DNA of 64,000 nucleotides. Origin: an uncultured bacterium (GTDB lineage Bacteria > Babelota > Babeliae > Babelales > Vermiphilaceae). Below, in pieces: positions 20,433 to 29,415 of the stretch. The stretch is taken from the NCBI GenBank assembly GCA_963713925.1, contig OY970212.1:1024001-1088000 (forward strand), written 5' to 3'. The position numbers and the translations under genes were made by a program. The notes under the pieces were generated by a model. The model worked only from the letters and a program-made list of their open reading frames with translations, ran no database searches and was not told the origin of the DNA. Positions within the stretch are counted from its first letter, which is position 1; the number at the start of each line of letters is the position of its first letter.

Positions 20433-21080
20433 TTATGCCATGCGCGTGACTACCTCGTCGGTCGATAGCACCTCGTGCGCCAGATATCGGTAGTTGATCA
20501 GCGCCGCCTGGTAGCCATCGCCCCATTCTGGATGGCTCGGCCCGGCGATCGCATCCTTTACAATAGCAACTTCGAAACCTTGCTCAAGGAACTCGCGCAG
20601 ATGGGACTCGACACACATGTTCGCCAACATCCCACCTAGAATGATCTTGCTGATCCCTCTCTTGCGTAGCTGTAGAACGAGGTCATTGGTCTGCGGGCCA
20701 AACACCTTGTGTGGACTAACAACAATTGTCTTGCCATCTTGAATGTAAGGCTTGAAACGGTCTAGCCAGTCTGCTCCTGAATTCGCAATCCCCGTCAGAT
20801 CCAGCGGCCCGACACGCGCGAAGGTACGCGTGCTCAACTCTACAGCTTCGAGCGGTCCATTGATCTTCCAGCCATGATCGGTTGGGTAGAAATAATGGGG
20901 TGAGATAAGCAGCTCATAGTTATTCGCTTTCGCAGACTTGAAAAGTCGCTCTAAGTTCCCGATAATACCGTTCTTGATGACGCTGGCACCAACCAAGCCC
21001 CAACTCGTGCCCTTCTCGGATAGAAAATCATTTTGTGGATCGATTACAACAACAGCAGTATCACGATTATTAAATTTCAT
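20433..21080 (-). CDS. Isochorismatase-family cysteine hydrolase
   Basis: VVIDPQNDF, HKVFG, GMLANMCVES. Confidence 0.9.
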   Translation of the reverse strand: MKFNNRDTAVVVIDPQNDFLSEKGTSWGLVGASVIKNGIIGNLERLFKSAKANNYELLISPHYFYPTDHGWKINGPLEAVELSTRTFARVGPLDLTGIANSGADWLDRFKPYIQDGKTIVVSPHKVFGPQTNDLVLQLRKRGISKIILGGMLANMCVESHLREFLEQGFEVAIVKDAIAGPSHPEWGDGYQAALINYRYLAHEVLSTDEVVTRMA

Positions 21081-21141
21081 CTTGAACTTTCCCGTTTTTA
21101 CTGAAAATATATGATGGTTTTTTCAATCTTATGGAATAACT

Positions 21142-22305
21142 TCATGGCACAACAGGTCTTTTATTCTTAGAGATTTTTGCCAAAACTGATTCATCGATAT
21201 TTAAATGCGCGCGCACGAGTTCATGTGGCGTAAATGCAAGCCAATGAGCAAGTGAAACATCGGCGAAGTAATCACTTTTAAACACTTCTAGAAATCGCAA
21301 TGTGGTATCTCCAATATTCTCAATGTAATGACCCGTTTGAATAGGAACAACTCCCACATCGCCAGCCTGATAATTAAAAGTCCGTGCCATTCCAACAGGA
21401 GTATATACTGTCATGCGGGCTTGCCCGGAAATGTAATATTGCCATTCATCAGCATTTGGATGCCAGTGCAGTTCGCGCATGCCGCCCGGCTCAATTTCCA
21501 CCAATGCCGCTGCAATTGTTTTTGAAGCGGGAAATACACTTGAGTCAACAATGCGAACAGTCCCACTTTTTGTGCGAATTGGTTTTTGAGCCATCATTTT
21601 GTGGCTAAATGTCTGCGGCACAGGCCCGTTGCCAATTACACGATCCTTAGAAAGTGGCCCCGGAACTTTTGTTTGTAACATGTAAAGTTCTTTTGTGGGA
21701 ATTCGTGCAAATGCACTTTCGGCTACCTGAAAATTTTTTGCAATCACTTCCGGTGGCATATGTGCCAAAAAGTCGCTCAAAGAAAATGTTTCACTTTCCG
21801 AGAAATTGCCATCATCAAACACAAGCAAAAATTCACAGCCATCATCACCAAGCCCTTGAATCGAGTGAGGAATTCCTGCCGGAAAATACCATAAATCACC
21901 TTCAAATACATCATCCTGAAATGTGCATCCATTTTGATCGACAGCAGTAATGCGCGCGCCCCCTTTAATCATATAAGACCATTCAGCAGCATGGTGCCAG
22001 TGTAGCTCGCGCACTCCTCCTGCCGTAAGCCGCATATTGACGCCAGCAAGTGATTTTGCAATTGGCAATTCACGAATGGTAGTCTCGCGCGACCACCCGC
22101 CTTCTTCTAAGCGCATATGGCTATCTGCAAAAGACCACTTTAAATTTGGTAGCAAACCCTTGTCGGTGGGCGGCGGCACCAGAAGATCAGGATTTTGTAC
22201 TTCTAATTGCAGGTTTCTTGGGCCAATTATGTTTCCTCCCAAATCGCCTCTCATCGGCTCAAACTTATGCGCTGAACTTTTTTGAGCGGTACTTTTTTTC
22301 TTCAT
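21142..22305 (-). CDS. Oxalate decarboxylase family bicupin
   Basis: Two RELHWH cupin motifs, PHSIQG, lid [16 protein letters not shown]. Confidence 0.93.
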   Translation of the reverse strand: MKKKSTAQKSSAHKFEPMRGDLGGNIIGPRNLQLEVQNPDLLVPPPTDKGLLPNLKWSFADSHMRLEEGGWSRETTIRELPIAKSLAGVNMRLTAGGVRELHWHHAAEWSYMIKGGARITAVDQNGCTFQDDVFEGDLWYFPAGIPHSIQGLGDDGCEFLLVFDDGNFSESETFSLSDFLAHMPPEVIAKNFQVAESAFARIPTKELYMLQTKVPGPLSKDRVIGNGPVPQTFSHKMMAQKPIRTKSGTVRIVDSSVFPASKTIAAALVEIEPGGMRELHWHPNADEWQYYISGQARMTVYTPVGMARTFNYQAGDVGVVPIQTGHYIENIGDTTLRFLEVFKSDYFADVSLAHWLAFTPHELVRAHLNIDESVLAKISKNKRPVVP

Positions 22306-22413
22306 AAAAAACTCCACATAATTTCTTACTTTCAGTAACTATCCGACAATTTAGAAAAATCATGCAACCGGAAGCAAGAAATATTGCGTTTCATTTGAAG
22401 TACTATTTAGTCT

Positions 22414-23529
22414 ATGTTGATAACTAAGGAACTGCAGAGGATTAAAAGGAACATGATGATTCGAAAATTCCTCAAAGTATTGCCATTGATATTATTTCTA
22501 ATAGTGATTCAGGGAGCGTCCCACATTAATAAGTCTCATACGCAACGTTTGAAGCATGCTGTAGTTTTTATCACGGGAGGCACGAGTGGCATAGGCCTGG
22601 CAACTGCTGTTGCATGTGCCGCTGAAGGTGCTGCGCATGTCATCGTATGCGGACGCAGAAAATCAAAATGGATTGAAGCACAAAAATACGTTGATTCTCG
22701 ATTATCTCCTGAGCAAAAAAATTGCATTGAATATTGGCCATGTGATGTTCGCGTTGAATCACAAGTGAAGAGTGTTATTGAGAAGATATTTGCTCAATTT
22801 GGCAGATTAGATATTTGCTTTAATAATGCTGGCGTTCAACCAGGCATAGTAACTGGTGCTGATAGTGGATTTATCACAGAAATGTTTTTTGAATCATCTA
22901 TAGCTCCAGATGGATCTATTATGTATCGTGTTCCGCCACCACAACCCGAATCGGACATTCAGTTTCAAAACACAAAATGCAAACCAACACAAACAACACC
23001 CGCATCTCCTTTTTGTGAATCTGAGATCGCTACAAGCTGCATTGGCGTGTTTTATTGCTTAAAGTGGGAGATTAATTATATTTTTGAAAAACAACCAAAA
23101 AATCTTCCCGTTTCAATTATTAGCACTTCAAGCAGAAATGGTGTATTGCCTGATGCGCATCGGCCATTATATGCCGCCAGTAAAGCATTCATATTAGCAT
23201 TAACAAGAAGCACTTCAAATCAAGTCGCGCAAAAATCGATAAAAAATAAACGCGCAATGGTGAGAATTAATGCGGTCAGCCCTGGGCCAATAGATACGCC
23301 ATTAGAATTTGGAGCATACGGTGCAACACCTTCCAATCTCCAACAATACAACACCTATGTAAAAGCAGCTACAGTTGGCGTTCCTATGAAAAGAACTGGT
23401 AACCCAGAAGACATTGCTCATGCAGTTTTGTTTTTAGCGGATGTTCATACTTCAAGTTATATAACTGGAGCAAATATATGTGTTGATGGTGGTCATACTG
23501 GTTCACCACTGCTCTGTCAGTGTGAATAA
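22414..23529 (+). CDS. Short-chain dehydrogenase/reductase with N-terminal hydrophobic leader and internal insertion
   Basis: TGGTSGIG, NNAG, YAASK, NAVSPG, VDGG. Confidence 0.9.
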   Translation: MLITKELQRIKRNMMIRKFLKVLPLILFLIVIQGASHINKSHTQRLKHAVVFITGGTSGIGLATAVACAAEGAAHVIVCGRRKSKWIEAQKYVDSRLSPEQKNCIEYWPCDVRVESQVKSVIEKIFAQFGRLDICFNNAGVQPGIVTGADSGFITEMFFESSIAPDGSIMYRVPPPQPESDIQFQNTKCKPTQTTPASPFCESEIATSCIGVFYCLKWEINYIFEKQPKNLPVSIISTSSRNGVLPDAHRPLYAASKAFILALTRSTSNQVAQKSIKNKRAMVRINAVSPGPIDTPLEFGAYGATPSNLQQYNTYVKAATVGVPMKRTGNPEDIAHAVLFLADVHTSSYITGANICVDGGHTGSPLLCQCE

Positions 23530-23638
23530 TAACAAGAACGTGTTTTGATTTTCAGGATGCGAGGTATATGATCAGGCACTCCAATTTATTGCCAATCCTT
23601 GCTATGAAGCTATTCTTGGAAGAAAACAAGATCTTCTT

Positions 23639-24478
23639 TCAGTCTTCGATTTCATACATATGAATCCACGTCAACTCAGGCGTAATTAAAACTTCGTTCG
23701 GATCACAAAAATGTGACCAAAAAACCTCTGTCACACACGGCTGATAAGATCCATCCGGTCGCAATTCTCTAGTTGTTGTCAAATCCCAATGCAACGGAGA
23801 AATCAAGCATACTTCCTCTAAGGTTATTTTTTTATCAGTGATCAATCGAAATACAATGTCTTGAGCTTTATCAACTTTCCAATAATCGGTAATATGGGTA
23901 CATACCACTTCAATATCCGGAAATATCCTCTTGCATAAAATATTCAGCCCATACAAAATCCGTTTAATTATGTCTTCAGATGAATCATCCACTATACACC
24001 GTATGCATATCCATGACCTCATAGTATCGTACAAAGCAGGATAATATTTCTCCGTGCGAATAATACTGAAGACATCAACGTCTGTAACTTCTGAGCTCAT
24101 GAATATTTCACAACGACCTTCCGGGATATCCCTCGACCAGCTGATACTTTCGACAAAATATTTTTCATAAGGATAAATAGTATATTTTGTAGATGGATGT
24201 GAATTCCACTCTTCTATATCAAACATCTCGGCAAATCGAGCTACATTATCAGGTTCCTTATCCACACACGTATAGATAAGCTCTGAAAGTACCCCGCGCT
24301 TATATTTTTTTCTAGTGAGCTCGCATGTTACATGAGGCGCATATAAAGCAAAACAACCCTTTAGTCGATCGGTAAGATCGTAAACTAATCGCTCAGTTCC
24401 TTCCCGCTTTCCATCAATTTCTATATGAACTTCACATGTATCAGAATACAAACTATTTTTCTTATCTGTTTTGCACAT
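23639..24478 (-). CDS. Putative immunity protein, tandem two-domain paralog
   Basis: Second half has DYWK, LHWD, TWIHMY like the upstream paralogs; first half looks like a degenerate copy; TAATG coupling to the upstream gene. Confidence 0.6.
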   Translation of the reverse strand: MCKTDKKNSLYSDTCEVHIEIDGKREGTERLVYDLTDRLKGCFALYAPHVTCELTRKKYKRGVLSELIYTCVDKEPDNVARFAEMFDIEEWNSHPSTKYTIYPYEKYFVESISWSRDIPEGRCEIFMSSEVTDVDVFSIIRTEKYYPALYDTMRSWICIRCIVDDSSEDIIKRILYGLNILCKRIFPDIEVVCTHITDYWKVDKAQDIVFRLITDKKITLEEVCLISPLHWDLTTTRELRPDGSYQPCVTEVFWSHFCDPNEVLITPELTWIHMYEIED

Positions 24479-24882
24479 TACTTCTCGACCTTATCTTCTG
24501 ACCACGTATAAATATGAACCCATCGCACTTCAGGTAAAAAAAATTCATCTTGTGGGCACTCAATTTTACTCCATAAACCTTCCTCATCTAAATACCGTTC
24601 AGTAGAACCCGCATTATGGCCAACGCTACTTAAATACTCCCAATGCAATGGGATATGATTTAAGAAATCAATAACTCGTAGCGGCTCATCACTCTTCATC
24701 TGAAATATCACATCTTTATCTTCAGGATATTTCCAATAATTTTCACCGGAATATAACAAGCAAGATGCCTTTGGTAATAACTTTTGAACTTCTCTTTTTA
24801 AGCGATCAAACAAATCCTGAACATGATGCTCAGTACCTTTTTCTATAAAACACCGAATCATAAAACTTTTGCATTGTTTCAT
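24478..24882 (-). CDS. Putative immunity protein (YWKYPEDK family)
   Basis: FMIRC, YWKYPEDK, FFLPEVRWVHIYTW. Confidence 0.7.
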   Translation of the reverse strand: MKQCKSFMIRCFIEKGTEHHVQDLFDRLKREVQKLLPKASCLLYSGENYWKYPEDKDVIFQMKSDEPLRVIDFLNHIPLHWEYLSSVGHNAGSTERYLDEEGLWSKIECPQDEFFLPEVRWVHIYTWSEDKVEK

Positions 24883-25298
24883 TTATGATTGCTTTCAACT
24901 TCTCTTGGCCATGAATAAGCGTGAAGCCAATTTATTTTAGGAAAGAGAAATACTTCTTCCGGATGTCCTATTTGGTTCCAAATAGCTTCTTCTTTCCGAT
25001 AAGGCTTCGGCATGTCAGCGTCAGCATCATGCGCACGACTCTCATGGTAATCCCAAGTCAAAGGTATCTTGGATGTTAAGTCTATAATTCTCAACGGTTG
25101 ATCACTGTAAATAACATAAATTTCTTCTCTATCTTCTGGACATTTCCAATAATGATCAGAAGACCAAATATCTATTTTAGCTTGAGGGAAAACATTCCGA
25201 ATCAAAGACGTTAATCCTGCAAATAACTGTTGCGCGTCTTCTTGGGTGCCGTTATTAATAAGACATTTGACCATAAAAGCCTTACAATAATTAATCAT
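24879..25298 (-). CDS. Putative immunity protein (YWKCPEDR variant)
   Basis: Same family; ATGA-coupled to the orphan toxin tip. Confidence 0.7.
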   Translation of the reverse strand: MINYCKAFMVKCLINNGTQEDAQQLFAGLTSLIRNVFPQAKIDIWSSDHYWKCPEDREEIYVIYSDQPLRIIDLTSKIPLTWDYHESRAHDADADMPKPYRKEEAIWNQIGHPEEVFLFPKINWLHAYSWPREVESNHK

Positions 25299-25399
25299 TT
25301 ATGTGTAACCCTTCCTTTAAAACTCACATTCAAATGAATATTATCTCGAGTCATCCAACCAACCTGCTGTTTGCCTTGAGGAGATAATTGAACATCCCA
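25295..25399 (-). pseudogene. Orphan toxin C-terminal remnant (34 aa)
   Basis: WDVQLSPQGKQQVGWMTRDNIHLNVSFKGRVTHK*, near-identical to both toxin tips; in-frame TAA two codons upstream, no start codon. Confidence 0.9.
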
Positions 25400-25494
25400 A
25401 CATTAAACCCAATCTCGCAAGCTCCGATTGAGACTGTCAAATCCCATTAGCTTAGAAAGACATCAAAAAAGAACACGGGAAATTTTCTAAAAGA

Positions 25495-25914
25495 TCATTC
25501 CACTAACGGCAGATTTTCAACGTTATCCCAAAACCATGTATAGACATGAACCCAATTAACGCTTGGTAAAAAAAATGATTCTTCAGAATCTTCATACTGA
25601 TGCCAAGTCGCTCTTTCATCGAAAAAGACTTCTTTTGTTTCAGAATCGTGAGCAACCCCGCTTTTATACTCCCAACTTAGTGTTATATGACTAATGAAGT
25701 TAATAACCTTTAAAGGTTCTGTGCCGCTTACCTTGAAAATCACTTCCTTATCTTCCGGGTATTTCCAATAATGCCTATTTGCAAACAATGAAAATTGCAC
25801 ATCATTAAAAACCTTATTGACAAGTCGTTCTATGGAATTAGATAATTTTTGAACATCCTCATCATTCCCCTGCCATATATGACATTTGATCATAAAATTT
25901 TTACAGTATTTCAT
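25495..25914 (-). CDS. Putative cognate immunity protein of toxin 1
   Basis: ATGA overlap with the toxin stop; YWKYPEDK, WVHVYTW. Confidence 0.75.
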   Translation of the reverse strand: MKYCKNFMIKCHIWQGNDEDVQKLSNSIERLVNKVFNDVQFSLFANRHYWKYPEDKEVIFKVSGTEPLKVINFISHITLSWEYKSGVAHDSETKEVFFDERATWHQYEDSEESFFLPSVNWVHVYTWFWDNVENLPLVE

Positions 25915-27845
25915 TTGTGGGTTACCCTACCTTTAAGACTTACATTCAAATGTGTGTTATCTCGCGTCATCCATCCGACTTGCTGTACTCCTTGGGGAGA
26001 GAGTTGCACATCCCATTCTACACGCTCTTGCTTGAAACCCCGCGCTCCAATGGTTCTTGATTTTCCTTCTACCCAAATATTTTTAAACCTATCAACAAAC
26101 CCCTCATCACCATTTTTAGAAATACCCCTTGGCAGCCCATTTGCAACATCAAACTTTTTAGGTGGGACATATCGTAGCTTACCAGTATGGGGCAATTCAG
26201 CTGCCTTTACCAAACTCTTGATACTCGTCTTTTTATTATTACGTTTTCTAAGTTTTTTGAGAGCGGACTTACTTAATTGTTTTACATCAGCTGAAGTACT
26301 CGATGTAAATTTCGCGGCGCTCTGACCAGCACAAAATGATTCATCAACGGCCTTGAACATTACTCCTTCGGGAGTTGTCATATACATCTGCGGAGTCGCA
26401 AGTGGATTTTTTTCTATATAGTTGATCGCTTTGGTTTTAACGGTTGAATAGAATTTGCCCAAACCACCTAAGATCTTGCCCTGCGTTTTGTATTGCACGA
26501 CAAGCTTGGTTCCCTGTTTGAGAGCATCACGTAAGGAAATTTCATTATTTGCAAAAGCCGTTCCAACTGCGGTAATCACATTCGTAATCGGAGCAATATA
26601 ATCATCCCATTTTTCTCGACCCGCTTGCGCATCAATCAAGCTCGTAATACCGATATCGGCCAAATTGGTGGCAATTTTAAGAGCCTGATATGCCATGACA
26701 TAGTTGCCAATCGTCAAGCTTGCAACCGTTTGTAACGGATTATTGTAAATATCAACAACCGCACCGATCGCACCTTCTACAGCTCCCTCAATGACAGCCG
26801 AACAACAATCCAAAATCCCCCAACACACATCAGCAACTGACATTGCTTTTTCAGTCTTACCTGCCTGATTGAGCATTCGGGCACCGTCAGCAAGATCAAT
26901 GAGCGCATCCTTATGCTCATATGCTGGATGATCGCTGGAAAGATGAATCGCGCGATCAACGATATCTATGCATTCTTGGTGAATTGTTTGTTGTAATGCA
27001 GAACCATAGCAGTGTTCATATTCGTATGGTGATGCTTGATGCTGCCGAAGTTTTTGTTTGACGTCATCAGAGAGACAATATTCTTTATGTTCAAAGTGAA
27101 GCAATGCCTCATCGGCAAAGATCGCTTGCATGCGTCGCTCAAAACGATCTGATTGCGTGTCACAATCGTCATATAAATCTAGCGCATCGTAATAATCATC
27201 GATATTTTCATTAAACTCATGCGAATTATCTTTGTAACCGTCTCTGATAATTGCTTCGTTGCGCAAGCGAGCTTGACGTTTTCTTTCCGCAACTTCTCGC
27301 CGATTTTTTATATCCTTGCACTCACCGGCAATACAATTAAGATGGCATAATCCCTCATCGCAATGCATATGCCAATTATAGCCGGTATAATTATATTTTT
27401 TGCACAATCTCTCATATGCCACTAAAAGATTATCTTCATAATTTCCGACATGCGACTTTAAAAATGCCCTATAAGCCGGACTTGTATACAACTGCCACTG
27501 ATCAAACAACCAATCGGGATCTGAAATTTTTCCGGTAAATCGAGCCGCTTCGGCAAATTCTTCACCCGACCACTCTTTGCACTTTTTTTGATTGTTAATC
27601 AATTGATTGTAACGCGCTATTTCTTGATTATGGAGAGCCTTTTCCAACTGAGCAAGTTGCTCTTGCAAACTCAGATTTGGCAATCTTGTGCGCAATCTTT
27701 TTTGAGATGTGTTTTTTATTGTGATTCCGTTGTTTTCCCGCTTATTTTTACCATAGACAACCTCAAGATCGATAGGATTTTCATTTTTGGAATATGTGGT
27801 AATCGAGAGAAAACAGACGCATAAAAGAAATTTGAGAATCAGCAT
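25911..27845 (-). CDS. Secreted polymorphic toxin 1 with Ntox17-like C-terminal domain
   Basis: Signal peptide; tip LPHTGKLRYVPPK...GFVDRFKNIWVEG...EWDVQLS...HLNVSLKGRVTH matches my recollection of Ntox17. Confidence 0.8.
   Translation of the reverse strand: MLILKFLLCVCFLSITTYSKNENPIDLEVVYGKNKRENNGITIKNTSQKRLRTRLPNLSLQEQLAQLEKALHNQEIARYNQLINNQKKCKEWSGEEFAEAARFTGKISDPDWLFDQWQLYTSPAYRAFLKSHVGNYEDNLLVAYERLCKKYNYTGYNWHMHCDEGLCHLNCIAGECKDIKNRREVAERKRQARLRNEAIIRDGYKDNSHEFNENIDDYYDALDLYDDCDTQSDRFERRMQAIFADEALLHFEHKEYCLSDDVKQKLRQHQASPYEYEHCYGSALQQTIHQECIDIVDRAIHLSSDHPAYEHKDALIDLADGARMLNQAGKTEKAMSVADVCWGILDCCSAVIEGAVEGAIGAVVDIYNNPLQTVASLTIGNYVMAYQALKIATNLADIGITSLIDAQAGREKWDDYIAPITNVITAVGTAFANNEISLRDALKQGTKLVVQYKTQGKILGGLGKFYSTVKTKAINYIEKNPLATPQMYMTTPEGVMFKAVDESFCAGQSAAKFTSSTSADVKQLSKSALKKLRKRNNKKTSIKSLVKAAELPHTGKLRYVPPKKFDVANGLPRGISKNGDEGFVDRFKNIWVEGKSRTIGARGFKQERVEWDVQLSPQGVQQVGWMTRDNTHLNVSLKGRVTHK
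26328..27211. repeat. ~884-bp direct repeat copy A (toxin core)
   Basis: Colinear with 29862-30745 at the same 3534-bp offset at both ends; scattered substitutions. Confidence 0.9.
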
Positions 27846-27948
27846 ATGAGGCATCCTTTGTTAATTCCAGCATACTACAGAAAATATTTCAAAAAAAGAC
27901 ACCGCCTTAATGATTAAGACGGTGCATGCAATATATTGTTCCGATTAT

Positions 27949-28335
27949 TTACTGAATCTTATATTTATTGAGAAATTTTTTTACTTTAAAAGCCTTGTTG
28001 TAGAAACGAAGCACTTCATGAGTTGCAGCATTAAAATCCTTCGTTTGTTGAAAATGGCAATGTCTACCTTTATAGATATACCACTGAGACATATCTTTGT
28101 AAGTACTCGCCATGACTTTTTGTGCAGTCTTACGTTTGCATGAATTGATGCAACTATATAACTTACGTAGCCCCTCTTCTCTCATCGCTTTTGATTCAGG
28201 ATAATTTCTTGCATCTAATCCGACAGCAGCAAAAGTAGATCCACAAACTTCCGCACATTGAAATAAATCTTCAGCCTTTTCTGCGGCAAAAGCAATTCCA
28301 ACTGTAGAGATTAAAAGTAACGCAAGTAATTTCAT
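27949..28335 (-). CDS. Small secreted hypothetical protein with two CxxxC pairs
   Basis: AAGGA Shine-Dalgarno, signal peptide ending AFA, CAEVC and CINSC. Confidence 0.7.
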   Translation of the reverse strand: MKLLALLLISTVGIAFAAEKAEDLFQCAEVCGSTFAAVGLDARNYPESKAMREEGLRKLYSCINSCKRKTAQKVMASTYKDMSQWYIYKGRHCHFQQTKDFNAATHEVLRFYNKAFKVKKFLNKYKIQ

Positions 28336-28429
28336 ATGAATTCCTTAGAAAAAAATGGCCCAATATTACTGAAGTTTTGCCGCACACGGTTATAGATATA
28401 AATACCAATAAATACCTTACTGGCGTAGT

Positions 28430-28489
28430 CTGGCCGTGCCAGCCATAGCCTTCGCTAAACCTCATCGTCAGCCGTCTCAAGGCGACGGC
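28430..28489. repeat. tRNA-3'-flank REP-like element
   Basis: CTGGCCGTGCCAGCCATAGCCTT...GGCGACGGC resembles 50533-50564, which abuts the tRNA-Ser CCA end. Confidence 0.6.
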
Positions 28490-28588
28490 TGGTGGACCGA
28501 ATCGGATGATTTTAGCAACTTCAATATAGATGAAAAGCTGTTATTTGCAATAAAACAATTCATGCAAGAGACTTCATTAATTATTTAA
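28490..28588 (+). other. Distal att site carrying the displaced C-terminal coding segment of the recombinase
   Basis: Reads WWTESDDFSNFNIDEKLLFAIKQFMQETSLII*, in frame with the recombinase terminal KWW across the 7-bp core. Confidence 0.65.
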
Positions 28589-28595
28589 ATAACTA

Positions 28596-29015
28596 TCACT
28601 CAACGTTTTCTTCTGGCCAGGTATAAATATGTACCCAAGTAATCTCAGGCATCAAAAAACTTTCTTCAGGATGCACATTTTTACTCCAAATGGCGTTTTC
28701 ATTATGAAAAGTTTTCTTTTGGGTTACTTCGTAACAGTTGTTTCCTCTAAAATTCCATGCGATAGGAATTACTTTAATAAAGCGTGAAACACCATAAGTC
28801 TCTCGACCCAAAATCTCATAAATTACTTCTTTGTCTTCAGGAAACTTCCAATAATATGCGTTAATGGCAAGCTCACATGAAGCTTGCGGAAATTGCTCTT
28901 TCAAGAACTGCTTCAATTTCATTGTAAGCTCAGCAACATGTTCTTCTGTACCATTGTGAATCATGCACCGCACCATATAACTTTTACTAAAAAACACTTG
29001 ACCGGATTCACTCAT
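28596..29015 (-). CDS. Putative immunity protein (YWKFPEDK)
   Basis: Same family; overlaps the stop of the upstream paralog. Confidence 0.7.
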   Translation of the reverse strand: MSESGQVFFSKSYMVRCMIHNGTEEHVAELTMKLKQFLKEQFPQASCELAINAYYWKFPEDKEVIYEILGRETYGVSRFIKVIPIAWNFRGNNCYEVTQKKTFHNENAIWSKNVHPEESFLMPEITWVHIYTWPEENVE

Positions 29016-29415
29016 CCTCAACCTCATCTACAGGCCAAGTATAAACACGGATCCAATAAATTTCGGGCAATAAAAATCGCTCTTGAGAATCACTCTCTCT
29101 TCTCCAAAGAGCCTCTTCACTAAAATAAAGTTTATCTGTATCCGCATCGCGAGCAATCTCACTTTTATACTCCCAGCTCAACATGGTATTTCCTATAAAG
29201 TAAGCCACATTGAGCGCCTTTTGACTTTTTATTTCAAAAATAAGTTGCTTGTCTTCCGGATACTTCCAATAATATTCGTCCGAACGCAAAGATACCTTTG
29301 CATCTTCAAATATATCTTCGATAAATGTAGTTAATGTTTCTAATAGTTTTCTGATATGATCTTCTGAAGCTTTTTCCAAAAAACATTTAATCATAAAAAT
29401 ATTACTGCGTTTCAT
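29008..29415 (-). CDS. Putative cognate immunity protein of toxin 2
   Basis: ATGA overlap with the toxin stop; YWKYPEDK, WIRVYTW. Confidence 0.75.
   Translation of the reverse strand: MKRSNIFMIKCFLEKASEDHIRKLLETLTTFIEDIFEDAKVSLRSDEYYWKYPEDKQLIFEIKSQKALNVAYFIGNTMLSWEYKSEIARDADTDKLYFSEEALWRRESDSQERFLLPEIYWIRVYTWPVDEVEDE

Noticed and set aside
9744..23600. A second defined island covering umuDC, the toxin-antitoxin pair and oxdC
   Set aside because: Content looks accessory, but I found no integrase or bounding direct repeat.
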